In this document: piece after piece, positions 7,721 through 17,526 of the stretch
Position numbering within the stretch: position 1 is the stretch's first letter
Layout: every line of letters starts with the position of its first letter
Assembly (NCBI RefSeq): GCF_000015945.1
Contig: NC_009033.1
Location: 120,001 to 152,000 of the forward strand
Direction: 5' to 3'
DNA: 32,000 nucleotides
DNA from: Staphylothermus marinus F1
GTDB taxonomy: Archaea; Thermoproteota; Thermoprotei_A; Sulfolobales; Desulfurococcaceae
Program-made: the position numbers and the translations under genes
Notes under the pieces: generated by a model
What the model saw: only the letters and a program-made list of their open reading frames with translations
What the model was told of the DNA's origin: nothing
Databases searched by the model: none

Positions 7721-9064
7721 TTGAGGATTGGGATTAGGGATGCAAAGGTTTGGATAGGAGATGGTTTTACAGAAGCATTCATACTTGTAGAAGATGGCAA
7801 GATTACTAGTATTTCTAAGAAACAGATAAGAGATGTTGATGAGCTTCTTGATGCTTATGGTCAGCCAATTATTCCTGGCGGTATAGATATTCATGCTCAT
7901 GTGTATGATCCTGAATATACTATGAATGAAGACTGGGAGTCTGGGAGTCTGGCGGCTGCTTATGGAGGCATAACAAGTATTTATGACATGCCTCTACGTG
8001 TCTATGTAGATAATAAGGATATTGTTAAAAAGAAAATAGATGAGGCAAAGAAACATTCATATATAAATTATGGAATACATGCTGGCTTCATGAATGCAAG
8101 CAATAAAGATAAGATCCCCGAGTTAGCAGATATGGGGATCAAGGGGTATAAAGTATTTACTGCTAGACCTTTTAAAGCTGAAGAAACCGCTCTCGGAGAT
8201 ATATTTGAGCTTGTCAGAGATGTAAACGGAATTGTTATTGCTCATGCAGAGGATGATGGTTTAATAGAGTATGGATATAAGAGATATAAAGAGCGCGACG
8301 ACATTGTAGCTTATCATATGCATAGATCCGGCTATTCTGAAGCTGCAGCTATTATGAGGCTAGGATACTATGCATTAGAGACAGAGGCTCCTCTACATAT
8401 AGCGCATGTTAGTAGTTCGGAGGGAATAGAAGCAATTAAGTTTCTGAGAAGAAAAGGCACTAGAATCACAGCTGAGACATGTCCTCACTTCCTATATTTT
8501 ACACGTGAAGATTCTAAAAAATATGGAGCTTACCTAAAACTAGCACCAACTCTAAAAACTGAGCATGACAGAGAAGCACTATGGAAAGCATTGGCTGAAG
8601 GACAAATTGAGACATATGTAAGCGATAATGCTCCAGCTCCTCGTGAGCTTAAGGAGACAAATGTGTGGAGTGCGTGGGGAGGAATACCTAATCTTGAGAT
8701 TATGGGTCCCTTCCTATTTACCTTCGGCGTATTAAAGAGAATTATAACCTTTGACAGATTCATAGATGTATTTTCCCGTAATCCAGCAAAAATCATGGAT
8801 ATTTATCCTGAGAAAGGAGAGCTCGCAATCGGAAGTGATGCTGATCTAGTAGTTTTAGAGACCCGCCGTGCAAAAGTTATTTCCGCAAGTGATCACCACC
8901 ATAAAGTTGATTGGACGCCGTGGGAAGGCATGGAATTGTTTGGTGCACCAATACATGTAATTGTTAATGGGGAAATCATTATAAAGGAGGGTCAATTAGT
9001 AGGAAAGCCTGGTAAAGGAAAATATTTATCTAAGAAAACTAGGAAGAGAGGCTGGTTTATCTAA
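7721..9064 (+). CDS. Cyclic amidohydrolase of the dihydroorotase/allantoinase/hydantoinase family (dihydroorotase-like)
   Basis: It has the metal-binding HxH motif 'GGIDIHAHV', plus 'GYKVF', 'IAHAED', 'HIAHVSS', 'ETCPHFL', 'SDNAP' and 'GSDADLVV'. The start is TTG, 7 nt after AGGTG. No other pyr genes are adjacent, so the substrate is not assigned. Confidence 0.8.
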   Translation: MRIGIRDAKVWIGDGFTEAFILVEDGKITSISKKQIRDVDELLDAYGQPIIPGGIDIHAHVYDPEYTMNEDWESGSLAAAYGGITSIYDMPLRVYVDNKDIVKKKIDEAKKHSYINYGIHAGFMNASNKDKIPELADMGIKGYKVFTARPFKAEETALGDIFELVRDVNGIVIAHAEDDGLIEYGYKRYKERDDIVAYHMHRSGYSEAAAIMRLGYYALETEAPLHIAHVSSSEGIEAIKFLRRKGTRITAETCPHFLYFTREDSKKYGAYLKLAPTLKTEHDREALWKALAEGQIETYVSDNAPAPRELKETNVWSAWGGIPNLEIMGPFLFTFGVLKRIITFDRFIDVFSRNPAKIMDIYPEKGELAIGSDADLVVLETRRAKVISASDHHHKVDWTPWEGMELFGAPIHVIVNGEIIIKEGQLVGKPGKGKYLSKKTRKRGWFI

Positions 9065-9091
9065 AAATAATTTTTACATTACATTTTTGCT

Positions 9092-9715
9092 ATGCTTAAT
9101 GGTGATAATAATATGTTTGATCTTCTCTTCGCTTATTATATTCAGTTATTAGCAATAATGAATCCGTTCTCTGCTTTACCAACCTTTTTATCCCTTACAG
9201 ATCATTTGGATGAAATTGAGCGAAAGGATATAGTAAGAAAAGCATTTATTACATCTATAATCTTAGTAATACTATTTTCATTAATCGGCAACTATATTCT
9301 CCTAGCTTTTGGAATATCAATTGCAAGTCTAAGAATAGGTGGTGGAATATTATTATTAGTAATAGCGTTAGACATGCTTGGCGGTATGCCTAGAACTAAG
9401 CAAATAGAATATTCCGATATAGCTGTAGTGCCATTGGCAACACCTATGGTTATTGGCCCAGGAACTATTACAACAATACTTTTATTAACATCTAGAGAGC
9501 CTGGTTTTCTCAATATATTCTTGGTATTAATAGCATCGATATTAGCTGCAACAACAACTTTTATAATGTTAAGATATTCAACCAAACTCGTCAGTATTTT
9601 GAGGGTATCAGTTATAAGAGCTATTGGGCGGTTCATGTCGTTAATTATTGCAAGTGTAGCTGTTGAAATGATTGCACTAGGAATAATTAGTTTTTATCAT
9701 ACTTATTTCTGTTAG
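9092..9715 (+). CDS. MarC/UPF0056 family integral membrane protein
   Basis: It has six predicted TM helices and the family N-terminal motif 'NPFSALPTFLSLT'. The likely true start is ATG 9113, 6 nt after GGTGAT. Confidence 0.8.
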   Translation: MLNGDNNMFDLLFAYYIQLLAIMNPFSALPTFLSLTDHLDEIERKDIVRKAFITSIILVILFSLIGNYILLAFGISIASLRIGGGILLLVIALDMLGGMPRTKQIEYSDIAVVPLATPMVIGPGTITTILLLTSREPGFLNIFLVLIASILAATTTFIMLRYSTKLVSILRVSVIRAIGRFMSLIIASVAVEMIALGIISFYHTYFC

Positions 9716-10541
9716 CATTCGGGATAATCTCTATAATGGATTCTATTCCATACTTTTCTAGTAGTATTCTCCTTATATTTTGTATTTTCTTCCATATATC
9801 TTCATAATTTTTACTATCTAAGGATTGAACTTTAAAGCCCCCATGGTATTTTCCAGTATGAATTACTCGGATCTTCATCTCTTGTATAATGAAATTATTC
9901 TTTTCAAATAGTTCTCTAATTGATGTTAGGATTTCGTATGGAGGTGATTTATCGGATATGATTGATAAGATTTCTCGCGTTGAAACTATGATTTCATAGA
10001 ATATATACAGTGTTAATATGATGGCACCAGTATAGTCGATAAGGTAAGAATACAACGCACCTCCTAGGCTAGCTAATATTACTATTATGCTCTCAATTAG
10101 TTCGCTAACTGTGAAAGCACCATATGTTCTGAATATACTACCGATTCTTATCGCCAAGAGTATAGTGATCAAGTATATAATAAACCCAGCAATTGCATAA
10201 TAAACTGATTGGATTTGCACAGTATATACAGTGCTATAAACTAACTCTGTGTAAGAAACTCCAGCAACAAAGCTATAAGCGGCTATAGATGCAATAATTC
10301 CACCAATACCTAGCCTGTGATGACCATATGGATGATCAATATCAGGGGGAGAAATGCTTAACTTGTAGAAATAAACAATAAATATTAAAGCGACAATGTT
10401 TGCAAAGCTTGTCAACGCATCTACTAAGAGTGATCTAGAGTTATAGAATATAGCACCATAAATTTTGACTAATGCACCTATAAGTGCTAGAATTATAATA
10501 GCCAGTAGATCATTTAGAGTATTCGCTGACTCATCTTTCAT
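9687..10541 (-). CDS. Cation diffusion facilitator (CDF) family metal efflux transporter
   Basis: It has six TM helices, 'LVDALTSFANI', 'HPYGHHRLG' and a C-terminal cytoplasmic alpha/beta domain. Its 3' end overlaps the MarC gene by 29 nt in convergent orientation. Confidence 0.85.
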   Translation of the reverse strand: MKDESANTLNDLLAIIILALIGALVKIYGAIFYNSRSLLVDALTSFANIVALIFIVYFYKLSISPPDIDHPYGHHRLGIGGIIASIAAYSFVAGVSYTELVYSTVYTVQIQSVYYAIAGFIIYLITILLAIRIGSIFRTYGAFTVSELIESIIVILASLGGALYSYLIDYTGAIILTLYIFYEIIVSTREILSIISDKSPPYEILTSIRELFEKNNFIIQEMKIRVIHTGKYHGGFKVQSLDSKNYEDIWKKIQNIRRILLEKYGIESIIEIIPNANRNKYDKN

Positions 10542-10579
10542 TAATTAGCCCTCTATTGCACATCTATTATCACTAGTTT

Positions 10580-11209
10580 TTAGCCCATATAGTCCAATAT
10601 GCTTCTTTGTTTCTTTTTTAATTCTTTATACATTTCTTCTTGCAATTTAATTTGTTCCAATATATGTCTAGGCGGTTCAACTCTTTTCTTAACTAATAAA
10701 TCCTTTATGAAATTATCTCTAACAGGTTCGTATACATATTTATAGAATTTCCTAGGATCTTCTAGGATGGATCTCGGAAATTTTGATACATATTCTAATG
10801 TCTTCTTCCAAGCAATTTCTGGATCGATTATTAACCTTATTTTCTTATTAACTTGTTTATCAAAGTCTATGGGTAGTTGTTCTTGCTCGCCAATCATATA
10901 GTATCCTCTCGGACCTATAGCTACACATTCACCTAGAACTCTAATGAATCCCTGTGGGCATTCGGATATTTCTTCTCCTTTAATAGTCTTTTTCCTTAGT
11001 TCCTCCATGACACGCATTATTCTCATAGGCCACTTCGATGAACCATAATATTTCGCCCATGCATAAAATATGGCTCGGTTTAAACCGAAGCTCTTAGATT
11101 TATCTAGATCACCTTTTAACAAGTAGTGGCGTACTGCTTGTAGAAGTGCCATTACTTGGAATCTACCAATTCCCAGTGCTTTCAACTTTTTATCGATTTC
11201 ATCGCTCAC
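10580..11209 (-). CDS. Hypothetical protein with an HhH-like N-terminal motif and a C-terminal PIP-box-like motif
   Basis: The start is GTG, 7 nt after a strong GGAGGAG SD. The N-terminus 'KLKALGIGRFQVMALL' resembles a helix-hairpin-helix. The extreme C-terminus is 'QRSILDYMG' (Qxx[ILM]xx[FY]x). I recognise no family. Confidence 0.6.
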   Translation of the reverse strand: MSDEIDKKLKALGIGRFQVMALLQAVRHYLLKGDLDKSKSFGLNRAIFYAWAKYYGSSKWPMRIMRVMEELRKKTIKGEEISECPQGFIRVLGECVAIGPRGYYMIGEQEQLPIDFDKQVNKKIRLIIDPEIAWKKTLEYVSKFPRSILEDPRKFYKYVYEPVRDNFIKDLLVKKRVEPPRHILEQIKLQEEMYKELKKKQRSILDYMG

Positions 11210-11412
11210 GTAATTTCTCCTCCATAACTAGTATGGATTTATTACAATTTTATTTATTTATGGATAATGTCGCGTAAATATGTGGTTTTAATAGAAATTC
11301 TTCTATATATTATATTTTATCATTAGTCATGTAAAAGTCCATGTCAAGGGGTTTGTGAAACTTAATCTATAAAAGACGTCTATTTTATTGAATATACTAG
11401 GTGTGTTAATAT

Positions 11413-12051
11413 ATGTCTAAAAGAACAAGAGATCTTATTGGATTTATCGATCTTTTCAAGCATGGTTTTTCTATAGATAGTTTTTCGTTGCGAGGAAGAG
11501 TTTGGAAAGGAAGATTCCCCGAGGAAACCAACATAGAAGTATTTATTGAGAAAGATAATTGTAGAAATTCTTTATTTCACATGAAAGTATTTAGGGGGCG
11601 TCTTCCTCTATATAGACCTTGGATCGAGATCCATACTATCTTATCGTCTGCTTGCGGAGTAACGTTTGATGGTTTAGTTGAGGATACAGTATTAGATCTA
11701 TTATCAATTTATACCGGACCAGGTGGTAGAGTATTTATTGAGTATGAATGGGATCCGGTAACAATGCGAGAATTAGAAGTAGATATTCCCCCTGCTTTTA
11801 CTAGGCTCGGATATAAGCTTCTAGTTAGAGGATTCACATGGTTTAAGGATTGGTATTATGCTGAAGGTTTTATGGAGGGAGGCCGAAAGCTTCAAGCCGA
11901 AAAACCTGTTTCACCTCAACGAGCAAAACAACACTTGCAAACCTTGGCATCGGATGCTAAAAACTTGTTGGAGAAAGGATTACCTTCTGGAATGGAAAAA
12001 CTAGAATACAGAATTAAGGGTATTCTTATTCTTTTGGATTCTTTTAAATAA
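11413..12051 (+). CDS. Hypothetical protein (no recognisable motif)
   Basis: 212-aa ORF with protein-like composition. AGGTGTG lies 8 nt upstream of the ATG. It is divergently transcribed from 10580..11209. Confidence 0.6.
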   Translation: MSKRTRDLIGFIDLFKHGFSIDSFSLRGRVWKGRFPEETNIEVFIEKDNCRNSLFHMKVFRGRLPLYRPWIEIHTILSSACGVTFDGLVEDTVLDLLSIYTGPGGRVFIEYEWDPVTMRELEVDIPPAFTRLGYKLLVRGFTWFKDWYYAEGFMEGGRKLQAEKPVSPQRAKQHLQTLASDAKNLLEKGLPSGMEKLEYRIKGILILLDSFK

Positions 12052-12265
12052 ACAAATGTTAACCCATGGATTCTCATAATGTTTATATGGTTTTGCATAA
12101 TTGGGCTGCTGATTTATAATAATATATGTTAACTATTCTTCTATATAAACAATAATATTGACAAAACATACAGATACATATATGTACGAGTTGTAGAGGT
12201 ATTGTTTTTATATTTCTAGCTACTAATAATAATATAGTATCTAATCCTAGGTTAAGGGTGTAATC

Positions 12266-13744
12266 ATGGATGTCAAAACATTAACCGGAATATTCGTTGT
12301 CCTCCTAATAGTGGTCGGAATATTAGCATACTATGCAGGAACAATGTATGCACCAGCAAAAAACGTTACAACAACTGTTGGAGCAGGCGGAACCGTTACA
12401 ACAACCGTAACTAAGACCGAAACCCAAACAGCTGGCGGAGGAACATGGACTCCGCCCTCAACAATCAAGGCTGCATGGATATATGTAGGTCCAATCGGTG
12501 ATTTTGGATGGAGCTATATGCACGACGTAGGTAGACGAGTTGTAGCCACAGTATATAAGGACTGGCTACAGACAACATATGTTGAGAGCGTCTCAGAGGA
12601 TAAACTAGGAGAAGTAATTGATAACCTTGTAAGCCAAGGATACAACGTGATCTTCACGACTAGCTTCGAGTTCATGGATAAGACCATTGAGAAGGCTGCA
12701 CAGTATCCAAACATACTATTCTTCCACTGCTCAGGATATAAGAGAAGAGCTAATGTAGGAACATACTTCGCAGACCTATACCAAGTATATTATTTAAATG
12801 GGTTAATGGCTGGAGCCCTAACAAAGACCGGTAACATCGGATACGTAGCAGCATTTACTACTCCAGAGGTTGTAAGACATATTAACGCTTTTGCAATAGG
12901 TGCTAAGGAAGTAGGGGAGCAATTAGGTAAGAACATAAAGGTTCATGTCATCGAGATTGGTGCTTGGTTTGCTCCAGATAAAGCAAGAAGTGCAGCCGAA
13001 ACTTTATGGAAAGACTATAATGTAGACGTATTGGCTTATACAGAAGATTCAACTGCTATACTCGAATTAGCTGAGGAGAAAACTCAGGGATATCTACAAG
13101 GAAAATACGATCACCCATTATATGTGTTCAGCCACTACAGTCCCGGATATAGATATGGTCCAGACGCAGTTGTCAGCGGACAGATCGTTAGGTGGGAAGT
13201 CATTTATCTGGATATATTAGCGAAGATCAAGGCTGGAATTTATACGCCATATAATCTAGGAAACGTTGACTATTGGTACTTATTAAACAGTGGTGCCGTA
13301 GAACTTGGTGCGGAAGTCTACGAGAATGGTTCAGTAATGCATATCAATCCTAAGTTTGTTGATACCCTGAAGAGTATACAGGTAACAGATAAGGTTACAG
13401 GAAAGAAGATGAGCGTATATGATCTCGTAATGGAGAGATACGAGATGTTTAAGAATGCACCATTACTAACACCTCTACAATTAACAGCATTAACACACAT
13501 ATATGAGAACATCACGAAGATCAGAATACCACCAGTTAACCCACAGCAGCCAGACCCATATAGTCAAAAGGACATCTATATAGGTACAGTCTTCGACCCA
13601 TTCACTGGTCCACTAAGTGGATATGTCAAGGATAATCCAAACCAGAAAGTCAATATACCCGCTGGGCAGAGACTGGGACATGACGACCTATGGAGTATGG
13701 ATTGGTTTGTTGACTGGGTAATCTACCACGGTGGAGTATCTTAA
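12266..13744 (+). CDS. BMP-family (Med/PnrA-like) ABC transporter substrate-binding protein, membrane-anchored
   Basis: An N-terminal TM anchor is followed by a Thr/Gly-rich linker (TTTVGAGGTVTTTVTKTETQTAGGG) and a BMP-like domain ('AAWIYVGPIGDFGWSYMHDVG', 'GYVAAF..PEV.R.INAF..GA'). It is the first gene of an ABC operon. GGGTG lies 5 nt upstream of the ATG. Confidence 0.85.
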   Translation: MDVKTLTGIFVVLLIVVGILAYYAGTMYAPAKNVTTTVGAGGTVTTTVTKTETQTAGGGTWTPPSTIKAAWIYVGPIGDFGWSYMHDVGRRVVATVYKDWLQTTYVESVSEDKLGEVIDNLVSQGYNVIFTTSFEFMDKTIEKAAQYPNILFFHCSGYKRRANVGTYFADLYQVYYLNGLMAGALTKTGNIGYVAAFTTPEVVRHINAFAIGAKEVGEQLGKNIKVHVIEIGAWFAPDKARSAAETLWKDYNVDVLAYTEDSTAILELAEEKTQGYLQGKYDHPLYVFSHYSPGYRYGPDAVVSGQIVRWEVIYLDILAKIKAGIYTPYNLGNVDYWYLLNSGAVELGAEVYENGSVMHINPKFVDTLKSIQVTDKVTGKKMSVYDLVMERYEMFKNAPLLTPLQLTALTHIYENITKIRIPPVNPQQPDPYSQKDIYIGTVFDPFTGPLSGYVKDNPNQKVNIPAGQRLGHDDLWSMDWFVDWVIYHGGVS

Positions 13745-13787
13745 TAACCTCTTCCCAACAATATTTTTCATTAATAACGAGGTATAG

Positions 13788-15347
13788 GTGGAGCATGGTA
13801 TGGCTGCTGAAGCTGAAAATCAAAAAGGTTTTTTCTCTTCTCCTCACCAAGAAGGCAAGGATACCATTCTTAAAGTAGTCGGTATTAGTAAGAGATTTCC
13901 AGGTGTTGTAGCACTAGACAACATAAGTTTGGAGATCGAGAAAGGAACAGTACATGCATTGCTCGGTGAAAACGGTGCTGGTAAATCAACATTTGTGAAA
14001 ATACTATATGGAATATATACTCCTGACGAAGGCGAAATATATGTTGAGGGTCGAAGAGTTACCATTGCAAGCCCTATGGATGCAATAAGTCTTGGAATAG
14101 TAATGGTTTCACAATCACCTGTTATTATAGATAGATTAACTGTAGCAGAAAACATAGTTTTAGGAGTAAAAAGATACGGCTACTACACTCGTGTAAGCAC
14201 AGCAAGAGAAAAAATTATTGAGGTATCGAAGAAGGTAGGCGTAAAAATAGACCCAGACATGGAAGTATGGAGACTTAGCTATACACAGAAACAATTAGTT
14301 GAAATTGTGCGTGCACTCCTCTTAGGAGCAAAGCTATTATTGTTAGATGAAGCAATAACATATTTACCATTAGAGGAGAAGAAGAAATTCTACAAATTTA
14401 TTCGTGAATATGCTGACTCCGGAGGAACAGTTGTACTTATAACGCATAAAATACCTGAAGCAATGGATGTAGCTGATAAAATAACTGTTCTGAGAAGAGG
14501 AAAACTTGTAGGAACCGTATCGGTTAGAGAAGCAACAGTAGATCAGATAAGAACAATGATGTTTGGTGAAAGGAGCGGAGAAATTACATATGAAAGACTA
14601 CTACCTGGCAACCCGACACAACCAATTCTAGAAATCAAGGATCTATGGGTTAGAGGAGACTTTGGAGGATTAGCTGTTCAAGGAGTATCTCTAACTGTGA
14701 GAAAGGGAGAGGTTGTTGGAATAGCTGGTGTGGCAGGTAATGGTCAAAAAGAGCTTCTACAAGCAATAGTGAGGCTTAGACCAATAGAAAAAGGTAAGAT
14801 AATATATGATGGGGTAGATATCACTAATAAGACGACGCACTATATGAGAATGAACGGTGTAGGATACATTCCAGACCTACCTGCAAAATATGGTGTAAGC
14901 ATAGAGAACAATATTTTGGAGAATCTAGGGGTCTTACCTAATTTTGTCTCAGAAACAATAAACTGGGGCAAACTTAAAGCATTAGCTTTCAAACTAATCA
15001 AGGAATTCGAAATAAAAACGCCAAGTCCTGAAACACCTGTTAAGTTCTTGAGCGGCGGTAATATAATGAAGGTGCTTGTAGCAAGGGAGCTTACCACAGC
15101 AAGTAAGCTGTTAATAGCATATAATCCTACGAGAGGTCTTGATGAAGCTACTGCGATCAAGGTTAGAAGAGTAATCAAGGATAAAGTAATAAATCAAGGA
15201 ATCGGAGCATTAATTGCCAGTGAAGACTTAGACGAAGTTTTCCAAATAAGTGATACAATAGTAGTAATGAACTCAGGTAAAATAGTAGGTGTATTCCCAG
15301 CTGATAAAGCTAAGCGTGAAGAAGTAGAACACCTCATGGTGATGTAA
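13788..15347 (+). CDS. ABC transporter ATP-binding protein with two fused ABC domains (CUT2/BMP-type)
   Basis: Walker A is 'GENGAGKST' and Walker B is 'LLLLDEA'. The second half has 'GVAGNGQKEL' and the signature 'LSGGNIMKV'. The likely true start is ATG 13800, 6 nt after AGGTGGAG. Confidence 0.9.
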   Translation: MEHGMAAEAENQKGFFSSPHQEGKDTILKVVGISKRFPGVVALDNISLEIEKGTVHALLGENGAGKSTFVKILYGIYTPDEGEIYVEGRRVTIASPMDAISLGIVMVSQSPVIIDRLTVAENIVLGVKRYGYYTRVSTAREKIIEVSKKVGVKIDPDMEVWRLSYTQKQLVEIVRALLLGAKLLLLDEAITYLPLEEKKKFYKFIREYADSGGTVVLITHKIPEAMDVADKITVLRRGKLVGTVSVREATVDQIRTMMFGERSGEITYERLLPGNPTQPILEIKDLWVRGDFGGLAVQGVSLTVRKGEVVGIAGVAGNGQKELLQAIVRLRPIEKGKIIYDGVDITNKTTHYMRMNGVGYIPDLPAKYGVSIENNILENLGVLPNFVSETINWGKLKALAFKLIKEFEIKTPSPETPVKFLSGGNIMKVLVARELTTASKLLIAYNPTRGLDEATAIKVRRVIKDKVINQGIGALIASEDLDEVFQISDTIVVMNSGKIVGVFPADKAKREEVEHLMVM

Positions 15348-15350
15348 ACT

Positions 15351-16445
15351 ATGGAGTTCCCCTTTAGCATGGTCATAGTTCGTAGAGTAAAACCTCTCCC
15401 ATACTGGATAACCCCTATATTAGCATTGATAGTAGGATTATTAATATCGATAATAATACTCTATGGAATGAGTGGTGGACAAACAACACCATATGATGTA
15501 TTAGCATCTATAAGCTATGGATTCGTAAATATTGGACTATTAGCTAAAACATTCTCTTTACTAACAATAGTTGGTATAGGATTACTGGTAAGCTTCAAGG
15601 GAGCTATCTGGAATATTGGTGGCGAAGGACAATTCTATATGGGTGTGCTTGTAGCAACGTGGATTGCATTATTTAGTGGATTAGCAATGGTTGGATTAGC
15701 GGCGAAGACAGCTATGATCATATTGGGATTATTGGCTGGAGCTTTTTGGGCACTTATAGCAGCATTGCCTCGAGCATATCTTGGCGTAGACGAAGTACCG
15801 ATAACTTTGATGATGAATTATATAGCTTATTATATTGTAGATTATCTATCATCGGGTGCTTGGAAAGAAAGACATTACGGATACTATAGAACAGTGACTA
15901 TACCTCAAACAACATGGTTTAATCCAATAAAAATAGGCAACATACCAGTAACTATATCCTACGAATTATTGACTATACTTGTAATAGTATTTGTGGGTGT
16001 ATGGTTATTATTTAAGTATACAAGTTTGGGATTAAGAATTAAGATACTAAGTAGCAACCCTGATCTGTTGAGAAGTAGTGGAATAAGTGTTCCTATAACC
16101 ATATTGTTGGCGCTAACGATTAGTGGATTAATTATAGGGATAGCTGGCGCTAGTTATCTAGCACAAGTATCTCATAATATTAGTTATCCAGTAGAAGAAA
16201 AAACACCGGTATATGGATATACAGGTATTCTAGTGGCTTGGCTGTCTATGCTTGAATTATTTGCTGTACCAATAGCAGCTTATATTATGAGCGCGCTCTA
16301 CAATGCAGGCATACAAATGCAAGTAATAGGTGCCGGTGGAGCAGCTGTAGTAAACGTCTTCATAGGCAGTATTCTGTTAACATACGCAGTTTTAGTTACG
16401 ACATCTGAGTATCAGATAAGAATAATTCGTAAGAAGAAGAGGTGA
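15351..16445 (+). CDS. ABC transporter permease (BMP/CUT2-type inner-membrane translocator)
   Basis: Polytopic hydrophobic protein. It starts 3 nt after the ATPase stop, showing operon coupling. Confidence 0.85.
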   Translation: MEFPFSMVIVRRVKPLPYWITPILALIVGLLISIIILYGMSGGQTTPYDVLASISYGFVNIGLLAKTFSLLTIVGIGLLVSFKGAIWNIGGEGQFYMGVLVATWIALFSGLAMVGLAAKTAMIILGLLAGAFWALIAALPRAYLGVDEVPITLMMNYIAYYIVDYLSSGAWKERHYGYYRTVTIPQTTWFNPIKIGNIPVTISYELLTILVIVFVGVWLLFKYTSLGLRIKILSSNPDLLRSSGISVPITILLALTISGLIIGIAGASYLAQVSHNISYPVEEKTPVYGYTGILVAWLSMLELFAVPIAAYIMSALYNAGIQMQVIGAGGAAVVNVFIGSILLTYAVLVTTSEYQIRIIRKKKR

Positions 16446-17359
16446 TCATGATGGATGGAGTTCTCAGCCTACTCGCGGGGATGAGCTCATTATTCCTAGC
16501 ATACTATCTAGCAGCATTAGGGCATGCAATAGTTGAGAAGAGCGGCGTACTAAATCTGGCAATAGACGGCGTATTCGTATTGTCCGTATCAACAGCTTTC
16601 GCAACGGCAGTTTACACACATAACAATATCGGCGCTGCATTAATTGTATCCATGATTATAGCTCTGATTTTCGGCGGACTCATGGCATTTCTAGTGACAA
16701 AGTTCCCGATCAGCCACGGTGCAACCGGTTTATCACTAATGTTCCTAGGATACGGCTTAGCAAGCCTAATAGGATTACCCGCCAGAAACTTACAAGGAAG
16801 AACCGGGATAGAAATAGGGTATACACTAGACATAACAAATCCCATGTGGATCGGAGTATATGTAATAACAATACTACTAGGAATAGCATTTCTCTACATA
16901 ATCAATAAGACAAAGCTTGGAGCATCAATAAGAGCAGCAGGAGAAGACCCAGCTGCTGCTGAAGCACTAGGTGCAAACGTATTATCAGTAAGGCTAATAG
17001 CTGGCATCATAGGGTTTGCACTTATAGGATTAGGAGGAGCAATATTCGAAATAAGCTATACACAAGTATGGAGCGAAGGACAAGGACTGGGACATGGATG
17101 GCTTGCCTTCGCAATATCATTGAGTGCTGGAAGACACCCATTACTAATACTAATATCGGCAGGTGTGTTCGCTGGACTGGTCAATTATATGACTGCTATC
17201 CAAGCAGCATATAGTCTACCACCAGATCTAGCTAAGATGTTACCATTCGTAGCAGCTATATTAGCCATGGTAATCTTCATGGCAACACCTCTGAAGAGAA
17301 GATTAGCACCACCAAAGAGTCTAGGAAAGATATACTTCAGAGAGGAAAGAACAGTCTAA
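16442..17359 (+). CDS. ABC transporter permease, second subunit
   Basis: Polytopic protein with 'RAAGEDPAAAEALG', typical of this permease family. It overlaps the stop of the upstream permease (GTGA), or starts at ATG 16448. Confidence 0.85.
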   Translation: MIMMDGVLSLLAGMSSLFLAYYLAALGHAIVEKSGVLNLAIDGVFVLSVSTAFATAVYTHNNIGAALIVSMIIALIFGGLMAFLVTKFPISHGATGLSLMFLGYGLASLIGLPARNLQGRTGIEIGYTLDITNPMWIGVYVITILLGIAFLYIINKTKLGASIRAAGEDPAAAEALGANVLSVRLIAGIIGFALIGLGGAIFEISYTQVWSEGQGLGHGWLAFAISLSAGRHPLLILISAGVFAGLVNYMTAIQAAYSLPPDLAKMLPFVAAILAMVIFMATPLKRRLAPPKSLGKIYFREERTV

Positions 17360-17368
17360 ATTTAAAAC

Positions 17369-17387
17369 TTTTTTCCTCTTTATTTTT
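17369..17387 (+). terminator. Oligo-T terminator of the ABC operon
   Basis: A T6 run (17369-17374) and a T5 run (17383-17387) lie within 30 nt of the operon's final stop codon. This is the archaeal oligo-T termination signal. Confidence 0.45.
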
Positions 17388-17526
17388 ATTATTTGATTCA
17401 TGCTTATTCTCTATTATTACAATACCTTGAAAATGCTAAACTATATTTACGCTTGATACATGAGAATCTATAAATGAAATATATAACTAGGTGGATTAGC
17501 AAGAATACCGATCGAGGAATGAAATA

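Noticed and set aside
12175-12186. 12-bp palindrome TACATATATGTA upstream of the BMP ABC operon as an operator
   Set aside because: It is an alternating AT-rich sequence in a TATA-rich spacer. Palindromes of this type arise easily by chance and there is no second copy in the window.
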